Assembly: GCF_028641065.1 (NCBI RefSeq)
Contig: NW_026576818.1
Coordinates: 1 to 64,000 of the forward strand
DNA length: 64,000 nt
From: Leucoraja erinacea
Taxonomy: Eukaryota
Direction: 5' to 3'
Every line of letters begins with the position of its first letter. Within the stretch, counting starts at the first letter, position 1. The notes beneath the pieces were generated by a model that saw only the letters and a program-made list of their open reading frames with translations, did no database searches and had not been told where the DNA came from. A program made the translations under genes and the position numbers. Of this stretch, positions 36,035-48,009 are shown piece after piece.

Positions 36035-36447
36035 TCGGGCAGGTCTGGGCTCTGCGTATAAAAAGAGATAGCACCAGTTAGATTATCACTGAGCCGCGAC
36101 TCGAGTGAAACATCATCGTATCTGGTCGAGGGAAAGGAGGCAAAGGATTAGGCAAAGGCGGGGCAAAGCGGCACCGCAAAGTGCTTCGCGATAACATCCT
36201 GGGCAAAGATAGCTCTGCTATAGGATCTTTGCTGGGCATCACCAAGCCAGCTATCCGCCGCCTGGCTCGGCGTGGTGGGGTCAAGCGGAACTCGGGTCTA
36301 ATCTACGAGGAGACCCGCGGGGTGTTGAAGGTTTTCCTGGAGAATGTGATCAGGGACGCGGTCACCTACACCGAGCACGCCAAGCGCAAGACGGTCACTG
36401 CCATGGATGTGGTGTACGCTCTGAAACGACAAGGTCGCACTCTCTAC
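36035..36447 (+). pseudogene. H4: Histone H4 pseudogene with core promoter
   Basis: TATAAAA at about 36057; ATG lost (atc gta tct); [21 protein letters not shown] from 36121; 33-nt in-frame insertion; ends at GRTLY with no GFGG or stem-loop. Confidence 0.93.
36204..36231. mobile_element. Putative DNA-transposon excision footprint in H4
   Basis: CAAAGATAGCTCTGCTATAGGATCTTTG flanked by duplicated CTGGG. Confidence 0.7.
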
Positions 36448-37045
36448 CAAAGATTATATAGGATACGCAGAGAGTGAGAGGCGGGGAGAGGAGGAGACAA
36501 AGAGACAGACAGCTTCCTCTCATATTCCAGCTCCACGTCCCAGATTCCTGAAAACATTTTTCAAACGGTTTGCCCACAAACCAACCGAAATTTAGCGCTC
36601 CGGCCAAACTTTCAGACAGACATTCCGTGGTAAAAGTCAGTCAGTGATATTACCGCTGTCAAATTAATTTGTCTCCTTCCGGTTCATCCCCGGAGCCCGT
36701 TCCCTCTGCCGATATCGCCCACCCCATAGCGTTCAGCAGCTTTTAACACGGACGATTTGGCAATATTACTGAGTTGATGCATGGGCTCTGAGGCGGGGAT
36801 TTTGTCAGTGTTATTGTCTCACTGACAAGGAAACGGGTTTGAACTCAGCTTGAAACCAAACGTATGCCCAGTCCGAGTGAGGTTTAGCCCGGACATACCA
36901 TTTAGTTGTATTCCATATACTGGATACCGGGGGGAGGGGTGGGGGTGCAGCGAGTGTCAGCGAGTTACAAGGAACCCCCGGCAATTTAAACGAGTCCCCA
37001 TTGGCACTGAGCTTGTCTTGGGACAGGGATCGCTTGAGTCTGGAT

Positions 37046-37086
37046 CAGCTCTTTCCTGAGAGATGTGGGTGGCTCTGAGAAGAGCC
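37046..37086 (-). terminator. Histone 3' stem-loop and HDE of H1
   Basis: CCCAAC-GGCTCTTCTCAGAGCC-ACCCA followed by GGAAAGAGCTG. Confidence 0.92.
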
Positions 37087-37122
37087 GTTGGGTTCAGGTG
37101 TTTACAATGTGCGCTTTATAAT

Positions 37123-37782
37123 TCACTTTTTGGTCATTGCCCTCTTGGGTTTCGCCGATTTGGTCTTCGCCTGGCCTTTTACCGGCTTCTTGACCGCCTT
37201 CGCCTTTTTGACTACGGCCTTTTTTTGTTTTTTCGGCGCCGCGTTCTTGGGCGATGATTTCTTCGCCGCCATTTGTTTAAGCGCTGGTTTCTTGGCCACA
37301 ACTTTCTTGGTGAGAGATTTCTTCATCGATGATCTTTTGGTGGTAGATTTTTTTGCCAGTAATTTCTTGGTCGGGGTTTTCCTGGACGTTGATTTCTTGT
37401 TCTTGGATGTTTTGGCTGCTGGAACCGCTTTCTTTGCCGACTTCACGGCGCCTTCTCCCTGACCGGTCTTGAAAGAACCCGAGGCGCCCACGCCCTTGAT
37501 CTGAACCAGGGAACCGTTTGCTAATTTCCTCTTGATGCCCGTCTTGATCAGGTGGCGGCACTTCTCCACATCCACACCCTTGGCGGCCAGTCCCTTCTTT
37601 ATCGCATAGAAAGACATCCCTCGGCGATCGTGGCAATCCGCCACAATGTTGTCGATCTGGTCGCCCAGCTTCGGACCGGCTGCCTTCTTCCGGGCGGGCG
37701 CCTTCTTCTTCTTTTTGGGAGCCTTGGTTTGGGCGGCGGGGACGGTTTGAGGAGCCGCTTCAGCTGCTGCGGTCTCGGTCAT
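37123..37782 (-). CDS. H1: Histone H1 (219 aa), replication-dependent, divergent globular domain
   Basis: MTETAAAEAAP N-terminus, winged helix ending LVQIKGVGASGSFK, Lys/Ala/Pro-rich tail, stem-loop. Confidence 0.93.
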   Translation of the reverse strand: MTETAAAEAAPQTVPAAQTKAPKKKKKAPARKKAAGPKLGDQIDNIVADCHDRRGMSFYAIKKGLAAKGVDVEKCRHLIKTGIKRKLANGSLVQIKGVGASGSFKTGQGEGAVKSAKKAVPAAKTSKNKKSTSRKTPTKKLLAKKSTTKRSSMKKSLTKKVVAKKPALKQMAAKKSSPKNAAPKKQKKAVVKKAKAVKKPVKGQAKTKSAKPKRAMTKK

Positions 37783-37854
37783 GTCGGTGACTCTGCACAA
37801 ACTCTCTCTGACACTCAGGATTGAGTGAGAAATGAAGCGAGAGGCGGCGGCACA

Positions 37855-37935
37855 GCGCAACTTAAAGGCAGCGAGCGGACGGGGCGGAGACATCCTGCTC
37901 TCAGATCACGGCCCCTGCCTCGCTGTGTTTCTCTG
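37855..37935 (-). promoter_or_regulatory. Histone H1 promoter
   Basis: H1-box AAACACA (37925-37931), GC-rich element, TATA-like TTTAAG (37861-37866). Confidence 0.65.
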
Positions 37936-39044
37936 TCCTCAAAAACTCTCCGATTCCAATTAAAATCAGATAGCTCGGAGACCTAAATTGGCCTCGGTAC
38001 ATCTCTGAGACCGGAATGTTTATTGTCCAGTAGATTTGATAGGAATTAAAGGCAGCGCTTTCCATTTCGCCCGGTTTCACTGCTGCACTGAGGGCGTTCT
38101 CTGCCCCGATCGCTGACATGCTCGCTGCTTATCGTCAGAAATATCGAAACCAACGTAAACTTTCCGGTTAATTCCAAGTTCAGGACTGAGCTGGGAAGTG
38201 GGGCGATCGCGTGCCACTGATAGCTTTACATTTTTCACCAGAGGGGCTGGGAAATCCGGCAAAGTGTTCGGACCCACAAACACATTGACATCAGCCTGAG
38301 CCGCCCGCCCCTTCAACACACTCTCTGACACAATGTTCACATCTACACATTCACAGCTCAGACAGGTGGCCCGTTGCACAGTTCCCAGGGTGGAATTACC
38401 TCGACGATCGACCCGTGCTGTGGATTCTCGGGGGTTACGTGCAGTTTTCCAGCTCAGTAACTGTTAAACTCGTTGACTCCGCCGCTCCTCAGAGTCTCTG
38501 ATCCCTGGAATCGGATTCGTCTCTTTCATACATGAGCGATCCTGTATTTTTAAACAGTCCAACACCCGACACAGACTCCAGTTGTGGTATCAACTCACTG
38601 TATGTCTGAAATGTAATTTATTTACTTGTTTTTTTTTTATTAAACTGAAATAATTATCAGTTGATGTTTCAATGTTAATCATGGTCACTGGCTCCCCACT
38701 GATACTTCAGTCACTTGCTCTGCCTGATTTACCAATAGGAGGCCCAGTGTCGCCTCCTCTCTGTCAGGCCCTTCCACATATTACTTGAGAAATCGTTCCT
38801 GGACGCATTTAACAAATTCCACCCCGTCCACATAGCCTTGAATCTATGGCAGACCCAGTCAGTGTAACGGAAGTTGAAATCACCTACCTGTTATACATAC
38901 AGCCTTCTGCAAACCCACCGCCTAACATCAGGTTACCTGTTAAGTTCACCAATTATCTCTGCGTCTGCATGCGAGAATCATGCACCAGGACCCCAAGATC
39001 TGTGTAAACCTCAGGCCTTTGTCATCTCTTGTTTTTTGGAGTTG

Positions 39045-39650
39045 ATTTATTATTGTCACATGTAGCAATGTACAGTGACAAAGTTTATTTTGCATGTAAT
39101 GCAGGGAAAATCGTTCACTCATTCAATACATTATTGCAAACATAAAATATAAAATAAAACAAAGTGCAAGGGGGCACAACAAGGTGGATTGGAAGATTGA
39201 AAACATATGAAAGGTGTCAACAGTCTGATAACAGCGGGCAAATAGCTGTTTGTGAATCTGGTGGTAGTGATTTGAAACTGTCATAGTTTCCACCTGACAG
39301 CAGAGGAGAGGAAATAGAATGACCAGGTTGTGAGTGGTCCTTGGATTATGTTGGGTGCTTTCCTGAGGTAGCTTGAAGTGTAGTTGAAGTTGATGGAGCA
39401 GGCTGGTTTGTGTTGGACTGGGCTGTTTCCACAACTCTCTGCATTTGTTTGCAAACCGGACAGACCAGCAAGCTATGATGCTGCTGGATAAATGATTTCT
39501 ATAGTGGTGCATAAGCAGACATAGATAGTCACTGGAGAGCCGCTAAAATGCTATGTTATACTGAAGAAGTAGAGGCGCTGGTGTGGCACCTTAGCCCTAG
39601 TAACAATGTGGTTGTATTAGGACAAATAGTTGGTGATATGTTTGGAGAAT
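39045..39650 (-). mobile_element. Degraded Rex1/Babar-like LINE 3' region
   Basis: tttatttattattgtcacatg tail and weak similarity to the Rex1 C-terminus. Confidence 0.45.
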
Positions 39651-39699
39651 CTGCTTAGTTTCCCCACCAAATATGATCATTTTATATTCAGATGGATAA

Positions 39700-41240
39700 A
39701 GTCGTAAAGCCAATAAATGGAGCCTTTGTCCCACCACATTCATGCTGATCTTTTTGCCCATGTATATTAATCTCATTTGCTAGCATTGGGACTTCATCTT
39801 CTATGCCATACCGATTTATCCATCTGTCTAAATATCTCTTAAACACGGTGACTGTATCCGATTCCACCTCCTTCTCTGGCATATGATTCAGACATCAATC
39901 AATCCCTGTGCAAAAAAATCCCTTCAGATTTCCTTTAAAATCCACGTGCCTTACCTCATACCTGACCGCTCATGTTTTTGAAATACCGACCATGGGAAAA
40001 CAATATTAACTATTTACCTATTGAACTATTTACCCTTCCATGTGTTTCATAACCTCATATACATACAGCCATGTTATTCCTCAGTCTCCTTCGCTGCAAG
40101 GACAACAAGACCAGCCTCTCCAAGCTCCCCCCATGACTAAAGTCCTCCAGTCCAGGCAACATCCTGCTGAATTTCCTTTGTACTCTCTCCAGCAAAACCA
40201 CATCCCTCCTGTAGTCTGGTGACATTTACTGTTCAGCCAAAATGAAACACTGTGCACTTGTTCAAGTTAAATTCCATCTGCCATTCCTTGGGCCTCTGTC
40301 CCAGCTGATTTAAATCCTGTGGCAATCTTAGATAACCTTATTCACAGTCGACTGTACCACTAATTTATTATTCATCAACTAAGGCAATCGCATACTCATG
40401 CAAATCATGGACGTAGATGATAATCAACAGTGGACCCAGCACTGATCCCTGCAGCACCCCACTGGTCATAGGCCAAACTCTAAAACAGCTCGACACAACC
40501 ACGTCTATAGCCAGTTTTCTATCGATTGAATAGCTCACCCTGGATCCCTTATGGTCTAACTTCTGGACCTGTGTACCATACATGACCATGTCAAAGGCCT
40601 TGCTAAAGTCCATGTGGCAACATCTACTGCCCTTTCCTCGCCAATTTCCATGGTACCTTTGTCGAAAAACCCAGGTCAAATTCTTGAGGCATGATTTCTC
40701 ATGCACAGAACCATTATGACTGTTCCTCCTCAGTCCTTGCCTTTCCAAGTGCAAGTGGATCCACTAGTAACTTTCCCACCATGAACATTAGGCTCACTGT
40801 TCTGTAATTCCCTGCATTTCCCGAACTGTTTTTCTTAAGTAAAGGCACCACATTAGTCTTCCGGTACATCAGCCTTGCCTAACAGTGATACAAATATCTC
40901 TGCAGAGCCTCTGCATTTTTTTCCCTGGTTTCACACAATGTCCAAAGATAGCCTTGATCAGATCCCAGGGATTTATTCTTCTTTATGCAGTATAAGACCA
41001 CCAGTACCTCTTTCCAGATTGAACGTAGAACAGTACGGGTCCTTCAGCCCACAATGTTTGTGCCAAACATGATGCCTAATTAAACTGATTTCATCTGCCT
41101 GTACATGATCCACACTTCTCTATTCCCTGCACATCCATGTGCCTATCTAAAATCCTCTTATACACCACTATTGTATTTGCCACCACCAACCCAGGCAATG
41201 GGAACAAGACCCCCACTATTCTTAGTAAAAAACTTGTCCC
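39700..41240 (-). mobile_element. Degraded CR1 fragments
   Basis: MDFSKAFD, SGVLQGSVLGP and CR1-type 3' UTRs on the minus strand. Confidence 0.7.
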
Positions 41241-41649
41241 ACATAGTCCTTTATGCTTTCTCCCTCATTCTCAGGTGACTTTGTCTGTAGGGATATTTCT
41301 CACTATCTACACTAACTCTACCCCCATAATCAGTCAGTTTTATTTAATCTCACGTTTACTGTTTACACAATTCTGACTGGCTGCATCTCTCACCTCTCTC
41401 TTTGTTCTTTATCTCTTTCATGAACTTTCGTTGTTCTTTTTCCATTGCTTCTGCCTCAGAAACGATATTATATTTTGTTCACTTTTCTATCGCAGTTAGT
41501 TTCTAATTCATTTCTCCAGTTGCAGATTTTACAGCGAAACGTCTCTGTGATTTGCTTGTGCGCAGTGACTGCCCACGGCTGCGTCTCTGATGGACAGCTC
41601 TCTCTGCCCCTCCCCCCGGGCTGCGGCCGCCCCTGTCACGTGATGCAAG

Positions 41650-42710
41650 ACAACTTCACTGAAGAATCCAAGTCCAAGGTGTAGCTATGGGCACCCGCAT
41701 GGGCCCCAGCTATGCCTGTCTCTTTGTAGGGTACGTTGAACAATCCCTGTTCAAGGCATACACTGGTCCTATCCCCGAACTCTATCTCTGTTACATTGAT
41801 GACTGCATCGGTGCTACCTCCTGTATTCATGCAGAACTCATGGACCAACTTCACCACCAATTTTTATCCTGCACTAAAATGTACTTGGACCATCTCCGAC
41901 ACCTCCCTCCCCTTTCTTGATCTCACAGTCTCCATCACAAGAAATAGACTGACTGACATCTATTACAAACCCACTGACTCTCACAACCATCTCGACTACA
42001 CTTCTTCCCATCTTGCTTCTTGTAAAGACTCCATCGCTTACTCCCAATTCCTGTCTATGCCCGTCCATGCATCTGTGCCCAAGATGAGATGTTCCATCCT
42101 AGAACATCCGAGATGTCCTCATTCTTCAGGGAATGGGGGTTCCCCTCTCCCATCATAAACGAGGTCCTCACTCGTGTCTCCTCGCTACCCCTTGTTCTGA
42201 CCTTCCTCCCCCTCTCCAAGTCACAACCGAGACAGAGACCCCTGGTCCATACCTTCCACTCCATCAACCGTCGCATACAACACATAATCCTCTGAAATTT
42301 CCACCACCTCCAACGGGATCCCAGCACTAGCCACATTTTCCCATCTCCATCCCTTTCCGACTCATGCAGAGACCATTCCCTCTGCAACTCCATGGTTAAC
42401 TCATCCCTTCCCACCCAAAACACCACCTCCCCAGGTACCTTCGCATGCAACCGCAGAAGATTCAACATCTATCGCTATACCTCCTCTGTCGACCCTGTCC
42501 AGGGACCCTGACAGTCCTTTCAGGTTAGGCAGAGGTTCATTTGCACCAACTGCATCCTCATCTACTGTACCCGTATTTCAAGATGTGGACTTACAGGCGA
42601 GACCAAACACAGACTGGGCGATTGTTTCGCGGAACACCTTCGCTCAGCTCACATGAACCAACCTGATCTCCCGATTGCTGGACACTTTAATTCTCCTTCC
42701 CATTCCTTAA
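41650..42710 (+). mobile_element. Degraded Penelope-like element (RT to GIY-YIG)
   Basis: MGTRMGPSYACLFVG, YIDDC, DIYYKPTDSH; the EN region matches 28568-29065. Confidence 0.88.
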
Positions 42711-43357
42711 AATCTTTTAATCAATTTGCCAGACGGGAGTGGCGAGATCTACAAAGAGCACACACGTTGCTCAGTGCTTCTCGGGCTCCACTCAAAGAAC
42801 AAAGGAAAGTTAGTGTAATTATACATTTTCTTATCAATAAAACACACCTTCTAAATCTGAGTGAAAGATCCGTTATCTAAGGGAAACAAGGGAGTTTGCA
42901 ATGTCAGCCTTATTCTCAAATCTTGGCACAGCTTCAGTACAGCTGCCCATTCCGGAAGGACAACTAACTCCATTTTGTTTTCAAATGACCATCTTGGTTC
43001 CAGAATGGGCATCCGTCTGTGAACTAAAACAAGCTTGTAAGACTTGGATGAAAGCCATTACCTTGTCCTTAGATGGGACAGGCAGTTCAGACAGATATCT
43101 AATATGGTGCTGTGCCCAGACAATACATCTCTATGTTAATACATTGTTTCAATGATTAGTATAAACCAAGCTTCCAAGATATTCCCAGACTTTATTTTAA
43201 ATTTGACTGCTTTCTGTTTTTCAGCAAATCTCCATTTTTAATTTACGAACCAAACCTGACCAAATTAAACTCTTTCACAGTGAGGTCAGGATAAACTTGC
43301 TTTATTTATTACGTAATGCGTTAAAACTTTCTTTAAAAAAACACTTTAAAATGCCGA

Positions 43358-43787
43358 AGAAAGAACAGCAGATGCTGGAAAATCGAAGGTAGACAAAAAT
43401 GCTGGAGAAAGTCAGCGGGTGAGGCAGCATCTATGGAGCGAAGGAAATAGGCAACCTTTCGGGTCGAAACCCTTCTTCAGACTGATTTGAGGGTGGGGCG
43501 GGAAGAAGAAAGGAAGAGGTGGAGCCAGTGGGCTGAGGGAGAGCTGAGAAGGGGAGGAGAAAGTAGGGACTACCTGAAATTAGAGAAGTCAATGTTCATA
43601 CCGCTGGGGTGCAAACTGCCCAAGTGAAATATGAGGTACTGTTCCTCCAATTTACAGTGGTCCTCACTCTGGCCATGGAGGAGGCCCAGGACAGAAAGGT
43701 CGGATTACGGAATGGGAGGGGGAGTTGAAGTGCTGAGCCACCAGGAGATCAGGTTGGATATTGCGAACCGAGTGGAGGTGTTCGGCG
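43358..43787 (-). mobile_element. Penelope-like 3' end
   Basis: AEHL.SVR...VAQHFNSPSH and the shared 3' UTR. Confidence 0.85.
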
Positions 43788-44160
43788 TGTGTGCGTGAGA
43801 GTGAGAGTGTGAGTGAGTGTGTGTGAGAGAGAGTGCGTATGTGGGAGAGAGTGTGAGAGGGATTGTGAGAGAGAGGGGGGAGTGTTGTGTGTGTGAGAGA
43901 GCGGGAGTGAGTGTGAGAGAGCAAGATAGAGGGTGTGTATGTGTGTGAGAGCGAGTGTGGGTGAGAGAGGGAGTGTGTGTGAGAGAGGGTGTGTGTGTGA
44001 GAGAGCGAGAGAGGGTGCGCACGAGAGCAAAGGAGAGGTTGTGTGAGAGACAGCAAGAGAGCGGTGCTTGTGTGAGAGGAATTGTGTGTGAGACAGGGAG
44101 TGGGTGTGTGATAGAACAAGAGAGGGAGTGTGTGTGCATGTGAGAGAGAGGGACAGTGTG
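43788..44160. repeat. (GA/GT)n low-complexity repeat
   Basis: Direct inspection. Confidence 0.9.
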
Positions 44161-44162
44161 GA

Positions 44163-44330
44163 TAACATAGAAACATAGGAAATAGGTGCAGGAGGAAGGC
44201 ATTTGGACCTTTGAGCCAGCACCGCCATTCATTGTGATCATGGCTGATCGTCTCCAATCAATAACCCGTGCCTGCCTTCTCCCCATATCCCTTGATTCCA
44301 CTAGCCCCTAGAGCTCTGTCTAACTCTTAA
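44163..44330 (-). mobile_element. CR1 3' tail fragment
   Basis: aacatagaaacatag...ggtgcagg...gatcatggctgatc. Confidence 0.8.
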
Positions 44331-44691
44331 ATAGGAGGGGCACGAGAGGGTGGAGTGGAGATAATTTGTGTCGGAGTGGGTGGAGGAGGGGAGAGAGGAA
44401 TGTATATATGCAGCTTTAAGGGACATTGGTCAGATAGCATTTGGAGTATTGCATACAGTTCTGGTCACTCCATTACAGGACTGATGTGGAGGCTTTGGGG
44501 AAGGCGCAGAGATGGTTAACCAGGATGGTTTAAAAACAAGCAACTGCAGATGCTGGTTTACAAAAATGACACAATGTGCTACAGTAACTCTGCGGGACAG
44601 GCAGCATCTCTGGAGAGATCAAATGGGTGACTGAAGAAACACCCAGACACATTACCCATTCCTTCCACCATTTTGTGTTTACGCAAGGCCT

Positions 44692-46484
44692 TTACCTGGA
44701 GGAGCGGGCAAAGGCCATGCCACAGATCGGGCAGGTGAAGGGGCACTGGCCGCTGTGGTCTCGCCGGTGCTCCAGCAGGTGGTCAAGGCGGGTGAAGCCC
44801 TTACCACAGGACGGGCAGGCGAAGGGACGCTCACCGCTGTGGGTACGCCGGTGCTGCCACAGGCTGGACATGCGGGTGAAACCCTTGAACACTCAGCGCA
44901 CACAAAGGGTCTCTCTCTGGTGTGTATCCACTGGTGCTCCCGCAGCCCCCGTGCTCTCGTCACAGTGGGAGCAGCTGCTCGGTGGCGTGGGCCCGCCGGT
45001 GCTGCCGCAACGCCCGCGGGCTGTCAAACCGCTCACTGCAGTACGGGCAGTCGTAGGGCTGGCCACTGGTGTGCACGCGCTGGTGCGACAGAGCGTGGGA
45101 CGCCCTGGCAAAGCGCTCTCCACACACCGGGCTGGGGTAGGGGCGGTCGCCAGCGTGCACCCGCTGGTGGTACAGCAGATTGGAGGGGCGGGTGAAGCCC
45201 TTGCCGCACTGCACGCACGTGTAGGGGCGCTCGCTGGCGTGGTTGCGCTGGTGCTCCAGCAGTTGACAGGACCGGGTGAAGCCCTTGCCGCACTGGGCGC
45301 AGGTGAAGGGGCGCTCGCCGGTGTGGGTGCGCTGGTGCTCCAGCAGGTTGCTGGACCGGGTGAAGCCCTTGCCGCACTGGGCGCAGGTGAAGGGGCGCTC
45401 GCCGGTGTGGGTGCGCTGGTGCTCCAGCAGGTGACTGGACCGGGTGAAGCCCTTGCCGCACTGGGCGCAGGTGTAGGGGCGCTCCCCGGTGTGGGTGCGC
45501 TGGTGCACCAGCAGGTCATTGGACTGGGTGAAGCCCTTGCCGCAGTGGGCGCAGGTGTAGGGGCGCTCGCCGGTGTGGGTGCGCTGGTGCCTCAGCAGGT
45601 TGCCGGAGCGGGTGAAGCTCTTGCCGCACTGGGCGCAGGTGAAGGGGCGCTCGCCGGTGTGGATGCGCTGGTGCACCAGCAGGGTGCTGGAGCGGTGAAG
45701 CCCTTGCCGCACTGGGCGCAGGTGTAGGGGCGCTCGCCGGTGTGGGTGCGCTGATGCACCAGCAGGTGCTTGGACCTTGTGAAGCCCTCGCCGCAGTCGC
45801 TGCAGGTGTAGGGGCGGTCGCCGCTGTGGGTATGCTGGTGCTTCAGCAGCTTGCTGGAGCGGGTGAAGCCCTTGCCGCAGTCGCTGCAGGTGTAGGGCCG
45901 CTCCCCGGTGTGCACGCGCCTGTGCCTCTTCAGGTCCGTGGAAGACTTGAAGTCTTTGCCGCAGACAGAGCAGGTGAAGGGCCGTACACTGCTGTGCACC
46001 CGCAGGTGCTCCCGCAGCCCCGACATCCGGGCAAAGCTCTTGCCGCAGGTGAAGCAGCAATAGGGCTTCTCGCCCGTGTGCAGCCACCAGTGGGCCTTCA
46101 GGTCATTTGTCGTCTTGAAGCTCATGCCACAATCGGGGCAGGTGAAGGGCCTCTCGCACGGAGTGCACGCGGTTGTGCTGCAGCAGTTTGTCGTAGCGAG
46201 TGAAGCTCATGCCGCACTCCGAGCAGTCGAAGGGGCGTTCTCCCGTGTGCACCCGCCGGTGGGCCTCCAGCCGGCTCGGCTTCTGGTAGGCCTTGCCACA
46301 CACGTCGCACTCATAACGCTTCTCCTTGTTGTGTCCCGTCATGTGGTCCTCCATCGATGCTCAGCCCCTCGAAGCTCAACCCGCACACCGAGCAGATGGG
46401 GGGGGGGGGCTCACCGGCACCCTGGCCGCCCTCAATGGCCGCTCACGTCCCCGTCTCTCCGTCCACAGCAACGGCTCCTAAACC
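44692..46484 (-). pseudogene. Tandem C2H2 zinc-finger gene of about 19-20 fingers, frameshifted as assembled; no KRAB domain seen
   Basis: Repeated CxxC-HxxxH fingers with TGERPF/Y linkers across ORFs 46103..46354, 45592..46125, 44960..46087, 44679..44963 and 44692..44892; putative splice acceptor ctcctgcag at 46485-46493. Confidence 0.9.
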
Positions 46485-46585
46485 CTGCAGGAGGGGAACA
46501 CAGAGGGTCAACAAGCTGGCAAACAGGACATTACTAGCACATATTGGGTGCGTTTATGGCTGAGGAAACCATTATATAATTCTGC

Positions 46586-46887
46586 GCGGCACAGTGGCGC
46601 AGCGGTAGTTGCTGCCTCACCGCCAGAGACCTGGGCTCGATCCTGACTGCGGGTGCTGTCTGTGCGGAGTTCTCCCTTTGACCTGCGTGGGTTTTTACTC
46701 CGGGTGCTCCGGATTCCTCCAAAATTTCAAAGACGTTCAGGGTTGTAGATTAATCGGCCTCTGCAAAATTGGTAAATTGTCCCTAATGTGTGTAGGATAG
46801 TGCTAGTGTACGGGGTGATCGCTGGTCGGCGCTGACTCCGTGGCCGAAAGACCTGTTTCCGCGCTGCATCTCTGAACTAAACTAAAC
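46586..46887 (+). mobile_element. tRNA-derived V-SINE (HE1-like)
   Basis: gcggcacagtggcgcagcggtag A-box head, B-box-like ggctcgatcc, V-domain and taaac tail. Confidence 0.85.
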
Positions 46888-47005
46888 CAAAGGGTCTCAA
46901 CCCAAAATGTCACCCATTCATTCTCTCCACAGATGCTGCCTGACCCACTGAATTACTCAGGTACTTTGTGTCTATCTTCTCCACAGATGCTGCCTGACCC
47001 GTTGA

Positions 47006-47183
47006 NNNNNNNNNNNNNNNNNNNNNNNNNNNNNNNNNNNNNNNNNNNNNNNNNNNNNNNNNNNNNNNNNNNNNNNNNNNNNNNNNNNNNNNNNNNNNNN
47101 NNNNNNNNNNNNNNNNNNNNNNNNNNNNNNNNNNNNNNNNNNNNNNNNNNNNNNNNNNNNNNNNNNNNNNNNNNNNNNNNNNN
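47006..47183. other. Assembly gap (others at 54870-54999 and 56906-57049)
   Basis: Runs of N next to CT-rich microsatellites. Confidence 1.
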
Positions 47184-47249
47184 TCACTATCTCTCTCTGC
47201 CTCTCATTCTGTCCCTCTCTCTGTCCCTCATCGTCTGTCTCTCACTTTC

Positions 47250-47975
47250 GAAACATAGAAAATAGGTGCAGGAGGAGACCATTCGGCCCTTCGAGCCAGC
47301 ACTACCATTCATTGTGATCGTGGCCGATCATCCCCCATCAATAACCCGTGCCTGCCGTCTCCCCATATCCCTTGACTCCACTAGCCCCTAGAGCTCTATC
47401 TAACTCTCTCTTAAATCCATCCAGTGTTTTGGCCTCCACTGCCCTCTGTGGTTCCTATACTGAAATACTCTTGTTATGAAAGCCAACATTCCATTAGCTT
47501 TCTTCACTGCCTGCTGTACCTGCATGGCAACTTTCAGTGACCGGTGTACATGGACAGCCAGGTCTCGCTGTACTTCCCCCTTACCTAACCTAACCCCATT
47601 GAGATAATAATCTGCCCCCTTGTTTTTGCCACCAAAGTGGATAACTTCACATTTATCTATATTATAATGCATCTGCCACACATCTGCCTTCTCACTCAAC
47701 CTGTCCAGGTCACCCTGCAACCTCCTAACATCCTCTTCACAGTTCACACTGCCACCCAGCTTTGTGTCATCCGCAAACTTGCTAGTGTTGCTCCTAATTC
47801 CATCTTCAAAATCATTAATATATATGGTGAACAGTTGCGGCCCCAACACCGATCCTTGCGGCACTCCACTCACCACTTCCTGCCATTCTGAAAAGGACCC
47901 GTCACTCCTACTCTTTGCTTCCTGTCTGCCAACCAATTTTCTATCCATGTCAATACCCTACCCCCAATACCACGT
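47250..47975 (-). mobile_element. CR1 RT/3' fragment
   Basis: SGVPQGSVLGPQLF, KFADDT and 3' tail. Confidence 0.9.
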
Positions 47976-48009
47976 ACTCATAGTCATTAATAGCTATCTG
48001 CACATTCAA

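Noticed and set aside
37783-37893. 37-aa N-terminal extension of H1 in the ORF track
   Set aside because: Spans the promoter/TATA and 5' UTR; MTETA at 37782 is the typical H1 start.
43664-44301. His/Thr/Ser/Leu-rich ORFs (also 30442-30675, 55000-55304, 56691-57298)
   Set aside because: Translations of microsatellites or gap-spanning frames.
44627-45727. 366-aa plus-strand ORF of GEALAALGAG repeats
   Set aside because: Antisense shadow of the GC-rich zinc-finger array.
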